Shown here piece by piece: positions 60,435 through 64,000 of a DNA stretch of 64,000 nt. Positions within the stretch are counted from its first letter, which is position 1; each line of letters begins with the position of its first letter. The DNA is taken from NCBI RefSeq assembly GCF_003704095.1, contig NW_020843568.1:62001-126000 (forward strand). The letters run 5' to 3'. A program made the translations under genes and the position numbers. The notes under the pieces were generated by a model. The model had not been told where the DNA came from. It saw nothing but the letters and a program-made list of their open reading frames with translations, and made no database searches. This DNA is from Pocillopora damicornis. Its lineage: Eukaryota.

Positions 60435-62236
60435 CCTTGCTATATATTTAGACTTTTTCCTAAACAATCACATGGCAAAAACAAACAAACGTGTTGTTGT
60501 ATTCGAGGCGGGAGAAACAACTGCGCAATTGTGTACCGGTCGAGATACATTTGAATTTGATCAGGGGCAAGTGACCGAGAATCAACTCATCACAGTGCTC
60601 GTTTTGTTGAGTGGAAGTCTAGGTGTGTAACAATCTCGAATGTTTGCCCATAGACAGTCACTATTGTCCTCGAGTCGCTTGTTGCTCGAAAAAATTTTTT
60701 GGTTTTATTTTCCCTAAATTTTGCAATTAATTTCTTTTATCTTATATTTTGTTTAATCCTTCGTAATGAAAGGTTAAAGCTGAAACATATGCAATGCAAA
60801 TTAAAGGGCAATCATCTAAATTTCGTCAGTGACGTCGTCGTATTTGTTATCAGAGTTCTTGTTTGTAGTGTACAGTGGAACCTGTATTAACCTTACTTGT
60901 ATTGACCTTATTTTCATTAGAGCAGTTCTTAAACAGTTCTCCTCTTCTCCACCGAATAAAATAGAGGAAATGGATAACCTCTCAATTTCCATACAGAGAG
61001 CACGCTTTTCCATATGTTAAACATATCTCTTAAGAACTTATCACAGGATTTGTCTCCATTACTTCTTCAATTTGGAAGTAGTTGGAAGGTTCATGACGAA
61101 TGGCAGCCGATCTGGTCATCAGATAAACATTAGATCCTATAAGAAAAACGGCTAGAGAAAAAATTATTTTTAGCGGCTTTAAGTTGGTACTCGTATTTTA
61201 TCAATAAGTTTGCATGGAAAACCACACCACCGGGCAAAATAACCCTTTCGGATCATCTGATTGGCTGATTCGAATTCATAAAAATATCATTTCCGCGGCT
61301 CTGATGTAAAAAAAAAAAATAAAAAAAAAAACAAAAAAATGAATAAAATTCAAAGATAAGGATAAGGATTTATTCCGTTCTTTTGCTTTTTGGAATTTTT
61401 CAGCTTCATGCTCACTGGAAGAGATTGAATTTCAACCCTCAAACACGGATAGAACGTTTGAAAAAGCTTTTTAGCAGATGAGAGGAGTTTTTATTTAATA
61501 AATATTCAAAGCAATATTGTCTTTTTCAAAGAGAGACTAATGATTCATTCACACCAAAGCTCAAATACGTTCGAAAGCTATTTTGTTTAACACGATTTAA
61601 AATAATTGTCTTCAAAGAGGTTTCTGAAACTGATGTTTGTCCACTTTATGTAAGGGTCATTTATCTTTCGTGTTTCTGTCACCAATTTTCGTTGATTTAA
61701 TTCTGGTTTGACTCAACATTTTTTGTTGCTGTGAATGGGGCAAAAGAAACGACGGAAAACAGTTTCGAAAAGAGATTAAACCGCTTCAAATAATTGAATA
61801 GGAACACTCTATGAAGTAGATGAGCAGGGTAATGTAACACACCCCACCCTTTTACCTTCGGCTAGTTGATGATACCTTGATGATAATTTTGCTTTCATTC
61901 CAGTTATTGTGACTCTAATGTGCTAAAGGCATATTTTGAATTGTTCAACCCATGAGTTATACAGACAGTATCAGTTGTGCAGACCCTTAGGTGAATAAAC
62001 ATGTCAGTTGTTTTATTTCTCAATGCGCGTCATATCCGGTGACCCTTGGTAAAAGTAACCCTTCTCTAGGTTACTTGGCCGCGGCGGCGGTAAATACGCG
62101 TTGAAAATAGTTAAAGCGAATTTTTTAACAGTCCAGACGGCCGACCAAGACTAATTACCAATGACATAGAAGATTGCGTTAATAGGTCAAGGTAGTTACG
62201 TCTTGAAGGGGACGTTTCTGACGCTTATTGTACAAG

Positions 62237-62303
62237 ATGACGGTTTCGACGCAGACGTTTGTAAGGTTTCTTGCCCTGATTGCGGCAATCTTTGCTGTGA
62301 AAG
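62237..62303 (+). CDS. First coding exon (signal peptide) of the next gene; the remainder is not identifiable in the window
   Basis: caagATG, then MTVSTQTFVRFLALIAAIFAVK (basic residue plus hydrophobic core), then a perfect donor AAG|GTAAGT in phase 1. It is preceded by a CpG-rich patch at ~62020-62230. Confidence 0.65.
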
Positions 62304-64000
62304 GTAAGTGAATTTGAAGGTATAGGATCTTTCTGTAATCTTATTTGAGTTTTTTTGGTTGATGTCGATAACACCTTAATTAATTATTTGCACGGCTTTT
62401 GTTCGGGTCTTTACTGTTTGATACATTCGGGCCAGTTTTTGTAGCTGTATCGTCGAAATTTCGGACGTTTAGATTAGTTTGTAAGAACAATCTGTTCATA
62501 ATCTTACTCATTTCAGAATAACATGATATTCATCAAACTTGAAATCATTCTTTAAGGTGGCCAATAGGCTTGCCTGGTTACGATTCCTGTCCTTGGTATT
62601 CATTGTTTCAGAAATCAGAAAAACTGATGCTTTTGAGTCAGTCAGAACGCATTTGCTTTTAAGCCATAAGCATTTGAGACATGTTTAGTAACCGATTTCC
62701 GAATGAGAAGAGAACGTATATTTTTTTCCGATCATTTGATGATACTTCCCCCTAACATCGCCAGACCTGATTTGTATTTCATTTTCCACCGAAGGCCATG
62801 AAAATCCATTTACCCGAAGAAGATTTCAGTTTCTCCATCACTGTTGGATTATATTTCATTAGAAATTTGCATTTCTTGTTGAGTCAATTTCAGTCAATAG
62901 AATGTCAACCGAGGAACAAAACTTTGACAAGCTATCATAACGCTGGAAAAGTGTTGTTGTACATTGTACGGTTTCGTACATCATTTTTTTTTTGCCCACA
63001 TTTTATTTTATTTTATATCCGGATCATTGTTAAGTGGAATCACTGAGAGATACTTGAAAATTCAACGACCAAAGTTTAAATTTCATCAGTACTCGAGAGG
63101 TTTAAGAAATTTTGAATAATCCTCACGTTTTCTAAGAGGATTTGTCGGTGGTTATGTATTTTTGAGGAAAACCTGATTGATCATGAATTGGAAATGTTAA
63201 ACACGCATTCATAGAATGTTCCACTTCTGGGACTGCATGGTGAGGATTTCAAATCCAACTCGACTTAAGCAAAAGCAATCGTACTTCGAAAAATCTTTTA
63301 AAAAATAATGAGAAACGCTTCTAATTAACACATTTCATCAGTAAACATACAATCCAACTCACGCCGCAGGGCTTACTGGTACAGAATCCCATCGATATGT
63401 ATTTGAATCGCTAATATCTTAGAAATGAAGCTTATCATTCTAAAATCTTTTAAAAACAGTGAGATCAAAACTAGCCTCCGAGAGGGCCGTGTGGATATAA
63501 AGCTTTACATGAACCGTCGCCAGCTGAACTCTGTGATTTATTCAAGAAATACATAACGAGGCAGAACGAAAGAAAATTTTGTTCGTGTGATAAACAAAAC
63601 GATGAAATTTTTGCGAGTATATTGTCTGCTAATAAACTGACATCTAACATAATATATTTATGGTAAGAAACCTTTTTGTGTTCTTGTATTTACTTAGGAT
63701 GTCAGATAAGCCAAAATATGTTTTGCTTTCCTTGTATTACTCGACGGTAGAAGTCTCACGCACTACAAACATTTCCTTATGACGGGCTGATTCTTTTCTT
63801 AGAATTTTTCCCACTAAATCTGAACGACGAGCGTAAAGTTGATTATGAGAAGCCTAATGGATGCCGTTAGCATATACCCTTTGCCGATTGCAAATCAAGT
63901 CTCAGGTCTGCACGGTCAAACCATTTCTGTTACGAAACGGGGCGGGCACAGGCGGCACACAACGTATCCGAATAGAAATGACGCGACAAAATGCAGAGGT

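Noticed and set aside
63699-63750. Acceptor-like site as exon 2 of the signal-peptide gene
   Set aside because: The phase-1 frame reaches TAG after ~16 codons with no donor or recognisable motif.

Overview
Eukaryotic, intron-rich animal genomic DNA. It is probably a stony coral or other anthozoan, inferred from gene compactness and the interspersed repeat types. From left to right the window holds: (1) the last exon of a multi-LIM (FHL/Limpet-like) gene; (2) a minus-strand 503-aa multi-pass membrane protein of unknown family with an uninterrupted CDS; (3) a complete dystrophin gene on the + strand; (4) the signal-peptide first exon of the next gene. I reconstructed dystrophin by hand as 71 GT-AG coding exons from 6848 to 58210 (11,577 nt, phases consistent, ~3858 aa): CH1-CH2, 24 spectrin repeats collinear with human dystrophin, WW, EF-hands, ZZ, syntrophin sites and coiled coils. 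The standout is a 375-nt symmetric (phase 1-1) exon at 35358-35732. It encodes a complete PLAT/LH2 lipid-binding domain inserted in frame at the R15/R16 junction, an architecture I do not know from any characterised dystrophin or utrophin. Other notable points are a rearranged hinge map (no hinge 2, an extra Thr-rich hinge after R13), candidate internal first exons for shorter isoforms, and a candidate stop-containing cassette exon that would switch the C-terminal tail as vertebrate exon 78 does. Introns contain MITE-like and SINE-like repeats.
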